Assembly: GCA_010015585.1 (NCBI GenBank)
Contig: ML975162.1
Origin: Eremomyces bilateralis CBS 781.70
Lineage: Eukaryota
Reading direction: 5' to 3' (one strand)
Length of the DNA stretch: 64,000 nucleotides
A model generated the notes under the pieces. That model ran no database searches and was not told where the DNA came from. It saw only the letters and a program-made list of their open reading frames with translations. Positions 26,355 through 36,949 of the stretch are shown piece by piece; position 1 is the first letter of the stretch; every line of letters begins with the position of its first letter. The position numbers were made by a program, and so were the translations under genes.

Positions 26355-28221
26355 ATGGCTTCAGTGCCGCCAGGGCCTCAGGCCCCCAATCCGATAGACT
26401 TCTCAGCGAAACCGGAGGAGATCGCCGAAGTGAGGGCGCACGATGGTCCCATCGAGGACGAGGACTTGAAGAAGGAACATAAACAAGCCGGTGTGCAAGC
26501 CGTGGAAGCAACAACGACAATATGGGGGAAATGGGACCTCGTTGCGGCATACGCATTGTACGGTCTCCCTGCGACTTAGTCTCGACCAGAAAGTCCCATT
26601 AACACCGACTGAACAGCATCTGGTTGATATACTTCATCACGTCGGCGTTTGAGGTCGTTGTTCGGTCGTTGACCCCCTTCGTGACGAGCGCGTTCTCCAG
26701 GCACTCGCTAACTGCCACGACAACGATCATGTCGAGTATAATCGGAGGGTTGTCGAAACTACCCATCGCTAAGATTCTCGATACCTGGGGTCGACCTCAA
26801 GGTCTGGCTTTGACGCTCCTTATCTGGGTCCTTGGCTTGATTATGATGGCTTGTTGCCATAATGTGGAGACCTATTGCGCCGCGCAGGTCTTCTCTGCAG
26901 TCGGGTGAGTGCCCTTTTCCCGCCCTGCGAGCCGTGGTTATGGACGAGCCGATGTTGATACGAACTTAGTGCTCAAGGTGTGAGCTACTGTTTGACCATT
27001 TTCATCGCCGATACATCATCCTTGAAAAATCGACCGCTGATGCTGGCCTTCGCGACATCGCCATACATCGTAACAACTTGGATCGGTGGTCCAATCGCCG
27101 ACAGTGTTGTTCAAGGTCCTGGGTGGCGATGGGGGTTCGGCATATTCGCGATTGTGACTCCCGTTGTGGTTTCGCCGCTGATCGCGCTGTTCCTCTGGAA
27201 CCATCAGAAAGCCAAGAAAGCAGGGCTGATCCGGAGTAGCAGAGGGAAACTGACTCTCTCGAGTGTCAAACAGTACGTTATTGAAGTGGACCTGATTGGC
27301 CTGATAATTCTTGCGGGCGGCATGGCGCTGTTCCTCCTCCCGTTCAGCCTCTACTCGTACCAGGCGAAGTCCTGGAGTTCGCCCATGATCATCTCTATGA
27401 TCATCGTCGGTGGCCTTCTCATCATCGCATTCGTCTTGTACGAGCAGTTCCTTGCCCCCGTCAAATTCATTCCTGTGAAGTTGCTAGCCGATCGAACCGT
27501 CTTCTTCGGAGGGTTGATGTTCACCTTCGTCTTCTTCAACTCGGCGGTGTGGAACAGCTATTTCACCTCTATGCTCCTCGTCGTCTGGAACACCGGCGTC
27601 GCCAAAGCCACATACATCACGAACATTTACCGCGTCGGATCGTGTTTCTCGGCATTGATCATTGGTGTTTTCATCAGATGGTCCGGCCGGTTCAAATGGG
27701 TTGCGCTCTATTTCGCGATTCCCCTGATGATGTTGGGAGTGGGACTCATGATCCATTTCCGACAACCGGATGTCGACATCGGCTATGTGATCATGACACA
27801 GATTTTCGTCGCCTTCGCTGGCGGCCCAATTGTAATCGCAGGCGAAATGGCCATGATGGCACCGTCGGACCACCAACACATCGCCGTCATCATCGCCATC
27901 CTCGATTTGTTCAGCAGCGTTGGATATGCGCTTGGGTCCACCGTGTCAGGGGCGATCTGGACGGGAACGTTCCGACCGGCTCTCGAGAAGCATCTTCCGG
28001 AGGGAGCACCGATCGAACGCATTTATAACAACATGTACCAACAGTTAGCGTACCGGGTTGGAACTCCAAACAGGATTGGTATCGGCTATGCTTACGCCGA
28101 TTCTCAGAGGTACATGCTCATCACGAGTGTGTGCCTCTTAGCTGGCGCCGTGGTGTGCGCCGCCCTTTGGAGAGATATTAGGATCAAGGACGTCAAACAA
28201 GTTAGAGGCAACGTCGTTTAA
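26355..28221 (+). CDS. Siderophore-iron MFS transporter (SIT/MirB-like), 3 exons
   Basis: AGVQAVEATTTIW, TPFVTSAFSRHSL, AKILDTWGR, FIADTSSLKNR, GWRWGFG; 14-TM-type architecture. Confidence 0.9.
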
Positions 28222-28381
28222 TTCCCTTCTCGAAACCGTATGGTAGCAAACGAATATTACGATATCGGAAGCAGGAGCAAGCTTTCCACTGTGAGAAACA
28301 GATGTGAATGTCTGGAATCGCGAGGTCGTCAACCGTCGAATTTCGATGACGGCGAATGCGAACACTTGTGAGACCCGAGGA

Positions 28382-30423
28382 TCAAGCCAGAACAATCTCC
28401 TTCCACATTGGACCAGGAGAAAAAGACCTGCCCACTGCTTCCAGATTTACAGACCCCAACCCGCGTCATTCTGAAACCCCACCTTTCGGCTGAAGAAGTA
28501 GAACGAAGAATTGATCGGATTCTGCTCCGACTTGATTGCGGTCCCCCGCCGAGTAATGAAGCGGCTTGAACGGCGACAGCAAAATGAATTCATATACCGA
28601 GCCGATTATGAAAAAATCGTCTTCTTCAAATTCGTCCATGCTGACCGTACCACAATCCGCACCTTGACCATCTAGGATGGTTGCCATTGCACTGAACACG
28701 TCAAACTCTCCTAGCCGCAGATGTATGGCATATGTCCAGAACTGCAACATGGTATATGGACGACGATACTCGCTGATTCCAAGGCGATTCCAAGCGGTTG
28801 GGGTAGATTGCCGTGAATCCCTTTCTGAGGTAGGCACCTGTTGTTCCAAGTAGGCTAAAGAGTCATCACACGGCCCAACATCCGGCTTTCCGACATTCCA
28901 TAGAGGGTCAGCCCGATCGGTCGAATATCTCTGATACCATTTAATCCACGATCGTCCTGTATCATTGCTCCCGTCAAATAGCTTAGATCGGAGACGATAA
29001 TAGGATATGCGACCTATCCAGCCAGCCCAAGAATAACTTGGAAATCCAGCACGGCGACGAAGCGGAGACATAGCCGAAGTGAAAGTAATGAAAAGGTCTA
29101 TATCCTGGCTTGGCAACCCTTCGACTAAATCCCCCAGAAGATCTGGTAGGGTTCGTCTCGAGAGGCCAGCAATGGCATTTAAAGCATCGGCTTGATTTGT
29201 CAATGCGCGAGATGTGTAATCACATATCAGGCGTTGAAATTGTCGCCTTGGGGCCTCCCATATTGTCATTAGCTGTTTCAAAAAAGGATGTCGTGGGAAC
29301 GCATGGAGCAAGTCTTCAGACAGGATGGAATTTTGACAGCGAAAAACCCATTGGTTGTTGATGAAAACAAGCGCTCGACGGGAAACATGTCTTCTTGAAA
29401 CCTAGTATAAGTAAGCAATTGACGGATGTAGGCCTAAACAGTTCATAGGCAACATACGTCCAAGCCCGCTTGGAATAAGTAGAAGATGACAAGAGCACAT
29501 CTAACATAGGGTGGACAACAAATGCGATATTGTCGATAACCTCAAGAAGCTGCCTGTGGAAGCGATTATAGCCGTCCACGCCGGGGAGGCCCGAGTCTGC
29601 GTCGGGCTCATTAGTAGCGATGATTGTCATTAGTGCATTCTCGAAGATGCTGTCCATAACATTGACACCTTGTTGTATGTCCCTCTCATCATTTTGTAAG
29701 AGGCAGATTGCATCAACCCAAAGAAAACGTTCGTCAAGTCCTTTGGTGAGCACGATGGCGTCCTGAATGGTCTTCGGAATCAAATCCCAGATCGTTTCCA
29801 GGACGCCCGTGGTGAACATGGCTGATTTATTGTTGGTAGTGAGTCAAACATTGGGAATGCCACCCCAGACATAGCTAAGAGCGAAGTATCCGCAAGGACT
29901 TGCCGCTTCGACAATGCATTGGTTGACGACATCGATCAGCCGGAGCGGCCAGACAGGATGGAGACTGGATTGTTGTCTCTCACAAATGTCTGAGTGCTTT
30001 AGTTCACATGCCTCCAAGCTCTTTCTTATTTCTTGGATATCGATTTGTTCCCTTACAAGGCGACCCAGTTTCAATCCTTCGGTCGGGATTGGGTCTGCAT
30101 CACGGCTTGATCCCGTTGTGAGAGCAGTAGATGAGGAAGACGCAGGCATAAAGCAGATTTGGAAGATCGAATCCACGGAATCGGTCAAGGTGGCAGCATA
30201 ACATCGGGTCCCAGCGCATTACAAAACTGTCATTTGCGTTCTGCTTGCGAATGCCGTGAAAGGCACAGTCGACGAGCCGGCACATTGGGCAGTGTTTGTG
30301 CCGTCTGTTCTGTTGATTCTGAATATCCCATGTTCGACCAGCGTCATATTCCCCTCGCAGTACGTGGCCTGCATGCAACACAATTTCCTCGTAGACAGAA
30401 CAGACTGTCTCTGTATACTCCAT
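28382..30423 (-). pseudogene. HET-domain (heterokaryon incompatibility-like) pseudogene
   Basis: LRLIDV, YFALSYVWG, IPKTIQDAI, FLWVDAICLLQ, MDSIFENA, SKRAWT|FQE, FPSYSWAGW. In-frame TGA at 29844 and 28466; frameshifts near 29380 and 30200; frame continues to WKEIVLA* at 28382. Confidence 0.85.
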
Positions 30424-31230
30424 GCATAGACGTACCTCCAAGGCTTGACGATGGCATTGACTCATGAAATGAAATGGACATGGACAGAGATGGCTGAGAG
30501 ACAGATACACGAAAGCTGTTCAACCTAGATTGATTCAAACTCTTTTTGTCTTGATAGGGCTATAACATATACTGTTCAAGGCGGTGTTGGGACGTGTGCG
30601 AAAAAAGGGATTTCGTCAAGTCAGGTTATTCGTAGTTATAGGGGTACGCTTCATTGCTAAAGAGGGTAAGGAGTGAGGGAATACGACAAGGAGTGAGATA
30701 ACCGAGTGCAATGGTCAAGATACACAGATATTCTGTCATCTGTGATAGGAATCAGAATGCAGTAATTACGGTATGATTTAATTCAACACTTAACAGGCGA
30801 AGGGAGCAATAGGGAATGAGGAATAGGCTACATATCACTAATTAACAACGCATCAATTGGAATCTCTATTCTCTACCCATGTCAGCTGAGTCAGCTCTCC
30901 AATGCTACTTCATACAGGGGTCAGGGCCTCTGCTTCGACGATCATCTCGACCTCCAGCAGCGAAGTGAGCGAATCCGTCCATCAACCATGGATGAATGAT
31001 TCCCTTCCAACCGACTCTTCCACCACCGTGTCGCACGCTGAAAGATGTGTTGCTCATATTAATATCGCTGACTCCCCGCTTGATCTAGAATGACCAATTT
31101 GCCGCCTTCTACACCACTGGATACGGCCACCGCCCCGTCTCCGCGCCTCGTCTAGCTGCCAGGCCCTCCCTCTCCGTCCCTCTCCTTCTCCACCCTCATC
31201 CCTCTCTCCTTTCCACCGCCGCAGCCCACG

Positions 31231-32307
31231 ATGCACTTCGCTTTTCCGCCACGGAAATCCTCCAATCCGCCGCCGTACGCGATGCGGTCAGTGCGGTCGG
31301 TGCCGTTCTTGCGGAAGAGCAAGGGGCAGTCAATAGCGCTACTGTGCATCGGGGTCGTCGCCGCGATCTGGCTGCTGTCGAATCTGTTTGGCGGGTCCGG
31401 GTCGTCGAAGGTTAGGGTGCCGTCGGGGATGCCGCCGGTGGTGGTGGTGACAGCGTTTGATCCGAAAGAGAAGGATAGGTGGACTCAGCATATACGCAGG
31501 AATCGGGAGGAGTACGCGAAGAAGCACGGTGAGTTTGCGTCGGCGTGTCAGTTAGAAATAAGACGTGCTGATGAGGATCCTCCCTACGCATAGGCTACGC
31601 GACCTTCCTCCCCAACGCCACCGCCTATCCCCTCGAAGGCGCTCCCATCTCCTGGGCCAAAGTCCCCGCCCTCCGCCACGCCATGACTCTCTTCCCTTAT
31701 AGCACTTATTTCTTCTACCTCGACCCCCACAGCCTGATCGCCAACCCCTCCCTCTCCATCGAGGCGCATATCATGAATCCCCGCCGCCTCGAGTCACTCA
31801 TGATCACCAGCATCCCCGTCGTCCCGCCGGACTCGGTCATCAAGACCTTCGGCCACCTAAAGGGCGACCGCATCGATCTGGTGATGACGCAGGATCACGA
31901 GGGACTGGGGCGTGATAGCTTCGTGGTGCGGCGGGGGGAGTGGGCGCATTATTTGCTGGACGCGTGGTTCGATCCGCTCTATCGGACGTATAATTTTCAA
32001 AAGTCCGACGTCCACGCGCTGGAGCATATCGTGCAGTATGTATCCTCCCTTTGGCAGACCTTTCTCTCACCGTCCTTTGGTTGACATCGTGTGACTTAGA
32101 TGGCATGGCACCATCCTCGCAAAACTTGCCCTCGTCCCCCAGCGGATACTGAACGCGTACACCGCGAAAGACTCCGCCGTCGCGGCCCTCGACGGCGTGT
32201 ACAAAGACGACGATTTCATCATCAGCTTCCACACCTGCGACGAGGAAGGGCGGAGTTGCGAGGAGGAGATGACCCGGTTCGCGGAGAAGCAAGCGATAAA
32301 GCCATGA
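31231..32307 (+). CDS. GT34-family glycosyltransferase (Mnn10/Mnn11/Gma12 family, Mnn11-like), 3 exons
   Basis: MHFAFPPRKSSNPPPYA, single TM, NREEYAKKHG|Y, WAKVPALRHAM, AWFDPLYR, ALEHIVQWH. Confidence 0.85.
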
Positions 32308-32955
32308 TGCCCCCGCGGTGATATAAGGCGTCAATTTCCAGCTTGGGTTCGCGTGGTTTCAAACGGCGCGCATTGGATGTTTGGAGAATACTTGGGGGTG
32401 GGTGAAAGACGGGCGGACTATGTTTCTGGGACTTTGTTACAGCATTGATAGAGGCGTTTTCACCGGGAAGCGACGCGGAGTGAGATGGATAAGAAACTCT
32501 TTGTATGATTGATATACGACGGGGAGCGGAGCTGGATCAACGGATCTTCTGTCCTGGGATGTCGGGGCGGTAAAATAATCTGAGAAATTTCCGAAAGAAG
32601 CCTACAGGAGCGGACGGGGATACTTTATAATATGATATTTGCGGCGGGAGGAATCCATTTGCAACAAATATGCGCCATTTCCATTTCATTGACACCCAAA
32701 CTATTTACCAATCAAAAAGTTCCCCTTTCTACATCTTTCTCGCCGCTCTCCGCCGCCACATCGATCGACCGCCGTGAAGTTCTACAGCCTGGATAGCGGT
32801 ATCCTCTCGCCGACACGATCTACTACATGTCCGTTCTGAGCAAGCTACAAACACCAGAAATGCGCAGAATCCTCCATGGACTCATATACTCCAATGCGAT
32901 GGAAGACAGCACCCGCACAGCCAACGGAAAGCATTTAAAATATGCCTCGCACAGC

Positions 32956-34674
32956 TCATCTGCTTCCCTTCCCTTTGCCCTTGCCCGACTTCTTCAACTG
33001 GATCTTCGGCATTTCCACCTCGCTCTCCAGCTCATCGACATCCATCCCATCATCCACAATGCTCTCCCCTTCATCGAAGACATCGTCATCGTCCCCATCA
33101 CTTCCGTCATCGTCGCTCGTTTCCTCCGCCTCGTCATCCAATAGGCTCGCATCGTCGTCCTCGCTCTCCTCGTCCTCCTCTTCCTCCTCTTCCTCCTCGT
33201 CCGTCCCCACGCCGTTCAGCATCCCCGTCGTCGGCATCTCGTCATCGTCCGAACTGCCCGCCGAACCAAGCCCATCGTCCATGCCGAGCCGTTCGTACCG
33301 ACGTCGCGACTTCGCGAGTATGTCGTCATTGGCTTTCCGTCGCGCGGACCCCTTGCTCGGTTTCGGCACTCGCGACTCCGCGGCATCCATCCCCGCCGCG
33401 ACCAAGTCCGCCCGAACCGCCGCCTCAACGTCGATCAGATCCTCCTCCCCTTCGGCACCCACGATCGCCTGGATCCCCCGATCGTCACTCGAGTCCCATC
33501 CTTCATCGCCCTGCCCCTCCACCCACACGCGCTCATCCTCGCGCCTTCTTCTCCGCTCCTCCTTCCGCCCCTTCCGCACCTCCATCTGCGCGACCAGCAG
33601 GTCCAACTTCCCCTTCAGCGCCAGCAGCCGCTCCAGCCCGCGCGCCCGCTCGTCGCACACGCGCTCGAGCGCCCGCAGCTTCTTCATCAGCTCTACTACC
33701 TCCTGCGCCTGCGCGCCGACGTGCTTCTTGCCGCGGGGGCCTTTGCCGTCGGTGGCAGCGGCGGCGAGCAACGAGGCGAGATAGCCGCCGTGGGAGACGA
33801 GGATCCATTGAACCCAGACCATGAGGCTGCCGGCGCGGCCCGGGCGGCGGTGCATCGTGTTGGCGAGGTGGGAGAGGAGGGGGATGGTGAGGGGAGAGGA
33901 GAGGCGTTCAATTGTGAGGCGGATGGTGGTGAGGGAGGGGGTGAGGAGGCAGGTGTTGAGAAGGGTGGGGTCGGAGGTGCGGAGGGCGGTGGTGAGGAGG
34001 GCGGTGAGGTGGGGTGGGGTGGGGTTGTCGAGGGGGGCAAGGGCGCTGGCGGTGGGTTGGGGGCCGGGATGGCTGAGGGAGGTAAATGGCGGCGGAGAGG
34101 GGGAGTGCACGGGGATAAGGGTTGGTGAGCGTGCTTTGAGGAGGTCCGCGAATGACGGGACGTCGGGGTCGCGGAGCGTGGATGTGGTGCCGTCGTCGGC
34201 ATCGAGGTCTCCCTCATCCTCTTCTCGCTCCCGCTTATGTGCTCCAAAGCCGTTGACATTTGGTGCCTCGGTCGGATTGACCGATTTTTTCTGCACCCCT
34301 AGGAGTTTTTCTTGTGCTGGCTCCGCTTCGTCGTCTTCTGCACCGTCTTCACTGCCATCCGAGGAACTGGCGCTCGAGATTTCGACCACTTCCGGGGCGT
34401 CTTTCATTTCCACATCGTTTTTCACGTTGCCGAAGCCTTCACTGAACTTTGTCCCCACGACCGCACGCGATTCGTCCGTCCGCGCGTTCCGCTCTTTGCG
34501 AAACCCATTCATCGTGGTCGAGGTCGCCGTTAGTTTTTTCCCCTTGTTCTGCAGCAGCGCATTTTCGAGGGCCGAAGATGGTTTTGTTGAGGGTTTGGCG
34601 GTGCCATTTGAATGCCGTGCCTTTTTCGACGGCCGTGCCGACGGAGAGGTCTGTGATCCGTTGACTGCGGGCAT
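32956..34674 (-). CDS. UTP5: SSU processome subunit with Dip2/Utp12 domain (Utp5-like)
   Basis: LLTTALRTSDPTLLNTCL...TIERL...RPGRAGSLMVWVQWILVSHGGYL...LLALKGKLDLL; acidic tail. Confidence 0.75.
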   Translation of the reverse strand: MPAVNGSQTSPSARPSKKARHSNGTAKPSTKPSSALENALLQNKGKKLTATSTTMNGFRKERNARTDESRAVVGTKFSEGFGNVKNDVEMKDAPEVVEISSASSSDGSEDGAEDDEAEPAQEKLLGVQKKSVNPTEAPNVNGFGAHKREREEDEGDLDADDGTTSTLRDPDVPSFADLLKARSPTLIPVHSPSPPPFTSLSHPGPQPTASALAPLDNPTPPHLTALLTTALRTSDPTLLNTCLLTPSLTTIRLTIERLSSPLTIPLLSHLANTMHRRPGRAGSLMVWVQWILVSHGGYLASLLAAAATDGKGPRGKKHVGAQAQEVVELMKKLRALERVCDERARGLERLLALKGKLDLLVAQMEVRKGRKEERRRRREDERVWVEGQGDEGWDSSDDRGIQAIVGAEGEEDLIDVEAAVRADLVAAGMDAAESRVPKPSKGSARRKANDDILAKSRRRYERLGMDDGLGSAGSSDDDEMPTTGMLNGVGTDEEEEEEEEDEESEDDDASLLDDEAEETSDDDGSDGDDDDVFDEGESIVDDGMDVDELESEVEMPKIQLKKSGKGKGKGSR

Positions 34675-36949
34675 CGTGTCGAAGGATGAATGAAGATTCG
34701 GGGTTGGAGATAAGAGGATGGTGAGAGAGGAATTGAAGAGTCGAATGGATACTCTGTGGCTGTGTAATTTATGTGATGGTGGATTTCCAAGCTCCAAGTG
34801 GAAGAACGTATAAAAGTTTAGATAAACGTCTATCGCGCCTTTCCGGGTATCTTTAGTGTAGCGGATGCTTCTGTTTCCTAGAAGCTACTTGGTACACGTG
34901 GTAAATGCCCTTCTCGCGCTTTCCGTTCCGATTGGAGATCCGTCAATTAGGAAGCGTCGAGGGGTAGCAACTCCCAGCAGTATTCACGGTCCCTTCCTTC
35001 TTTTTTGCACCTCGACTTCTTCACCTGCTCATCGAATAGCAATTGCTACGGTTGCTGAATGGCCCAAAGGAAAGACTGGGTAAGGGGAGAAGACGACGAG
35101 CACACACGACAGCGATGTAGTGGGCAGACGGAAAGGAAAAAAGTCGGTGATGGATGACGGGCGTCCAATGTTTCCAATTTGCAACGGATGCTTTGGAAGG
35201 GTTGGAAAAATTTCGGACATGGGCTGGGATGTATGACGCTAAGACGGATTGGGGATCGCGGCAGGCAGGAAATGTTGACGTGAAATGTTTCCCGTGTGTG
35301 TGAGGCGAAAATTTGGAGCGAGGACGCACAGACGGGAAGGAACCATAAAGGGGTTGTTGATGCTGGATCTCTCAGCCACCATTCTTCCATAAAAGTGACA
35401 GATATTTTTAATGAAATCCACAGCAAGATATCCCGACAGGAATTAGGTACTTCACTGAAGCAGTAAACCGAAAATCATGTCCATCGCTGTCCAGTCCGAT
35501 GGGAATTCTGGGTGCCCAAGGCCGCTCTTTCCTAATCCCGGACCAGGGTCTCCTTCCCGATTCCCAATTCCCAATTTCTAATTCACTTCTCGTTCGCTGG
35601 ATCTGGAATGATCACTCACTTCACAGTGTAACACCGAGCAAGACTAACAAGAATCTGTAATGATGGTTTCAGACAATCTGATATCCCAGGATCCGGAGTG
35701 TCGGGGCTTAGGAAGAGCGCGTCATCCATCCAGATTGGCGGTAGTGAGACAGGTCTGGTTGAAGAACCACAGAAAATGGATTCTATCACCAGCTCCCAGT
35801 CAACGCGACACGGGCAGGCGACGCGTCGCAATTGGACGTTGGGTAGGTATGAAGCAGACATGCAGTAGTACAGCAGGCTTTATTGTCACTTTATTTTCAT
35901 AGCTACACTTCGTTTACCCCGGATGGCCGCGGTATTAAGTATTCGGTAGGTATTCCTCAGTTCCGTTGATCCGCGTCTGTCCATAAATCCTCCAGTTTAT
36001 GTTGGAGCCTTGGTGAAGTTGCGAGGGTTGTGATGGGCCCAAGAGAGCGCGGTGACCAATCACACCCGCCACAGTAGCAGATCCAAGGAGGCGCAGGGTC
36101 ACGTGCCTAGGCCGGGCCCCTCCCGTATCACGACTGACCAGTCATCATTTAAGCTGCGCATCTCCCCAGCCGCGTTAAAAAGTTGAACCTCCGTCCTCCG
36201 AACAAAAAGTCCCAAGCTCGGATTTTGGAAGTTGCGATTTCGACCGGTTCACTTCCTTCCTTCTTTACATCACTACTTCCCCACCACCCCTGCACTCTAC
36301 CACTCTCTTTCATCTTCACCAGCTTCATTCATCGTCGCCTGCACATGTGCCGTGGATTGTAACAGAAATCATTTCGCCCCCATTTCATCATCACCGTCAG
36401 ATCCACCTCCGTCACTACGCGCTCCACTGCTTCGGATCCTCCCTCATCCGTCACGGAACTCCTTCCGCGACTTCTGCAACCAGAAGAACCACCATACGCC
36501 ACCACGCGATTTCCTTTCACTTAACTCGGGCGACAACCGTCTGTTTATCTTCGAATCCGTTGCACTATCTTGAATCTACGCGATCGCCGTTGAAAGTCGC
36601 GTCCGAATCCATCAGGTCCCTATCACCCGCCATCACGCCGCGCCGAATCCGTTTGTTTGCCGCAAACCTCCATCTGCGCACCACCACCGTACACCCGTCA
36701 ATCCGGCGCGTCGTATTCGCAGACGGTCGTCGACATCGTAATACCACTACCGAATCGTTCCGAGTCGCGCCTGTCACCTTTGCGATCCATCGCGTCAGAG
36801 CCTGAAACCATCCCAAAGTGAGTTTCCACTGGTCGCAACGCCTACATGCGCGCATCGTGAACTCCGCATTCCACCCGTTCGGATCTCACTTTGGACCATC
36901 CATTTCCACTCCCTCGGATCTGGAATCTCACTTGGCGCAATCAATATTG

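Noticed and set aside
32942..34693. Long + strand ORFs (280 and 290 aa)
   Set aside because: Antisense shadows of the GC-rich UTP5 gene
35284..35346. snR30/U17-like m1/m2 motifs around a hairpin
   Set aside because: m1 match is poor and there is no ACA box at the expected position
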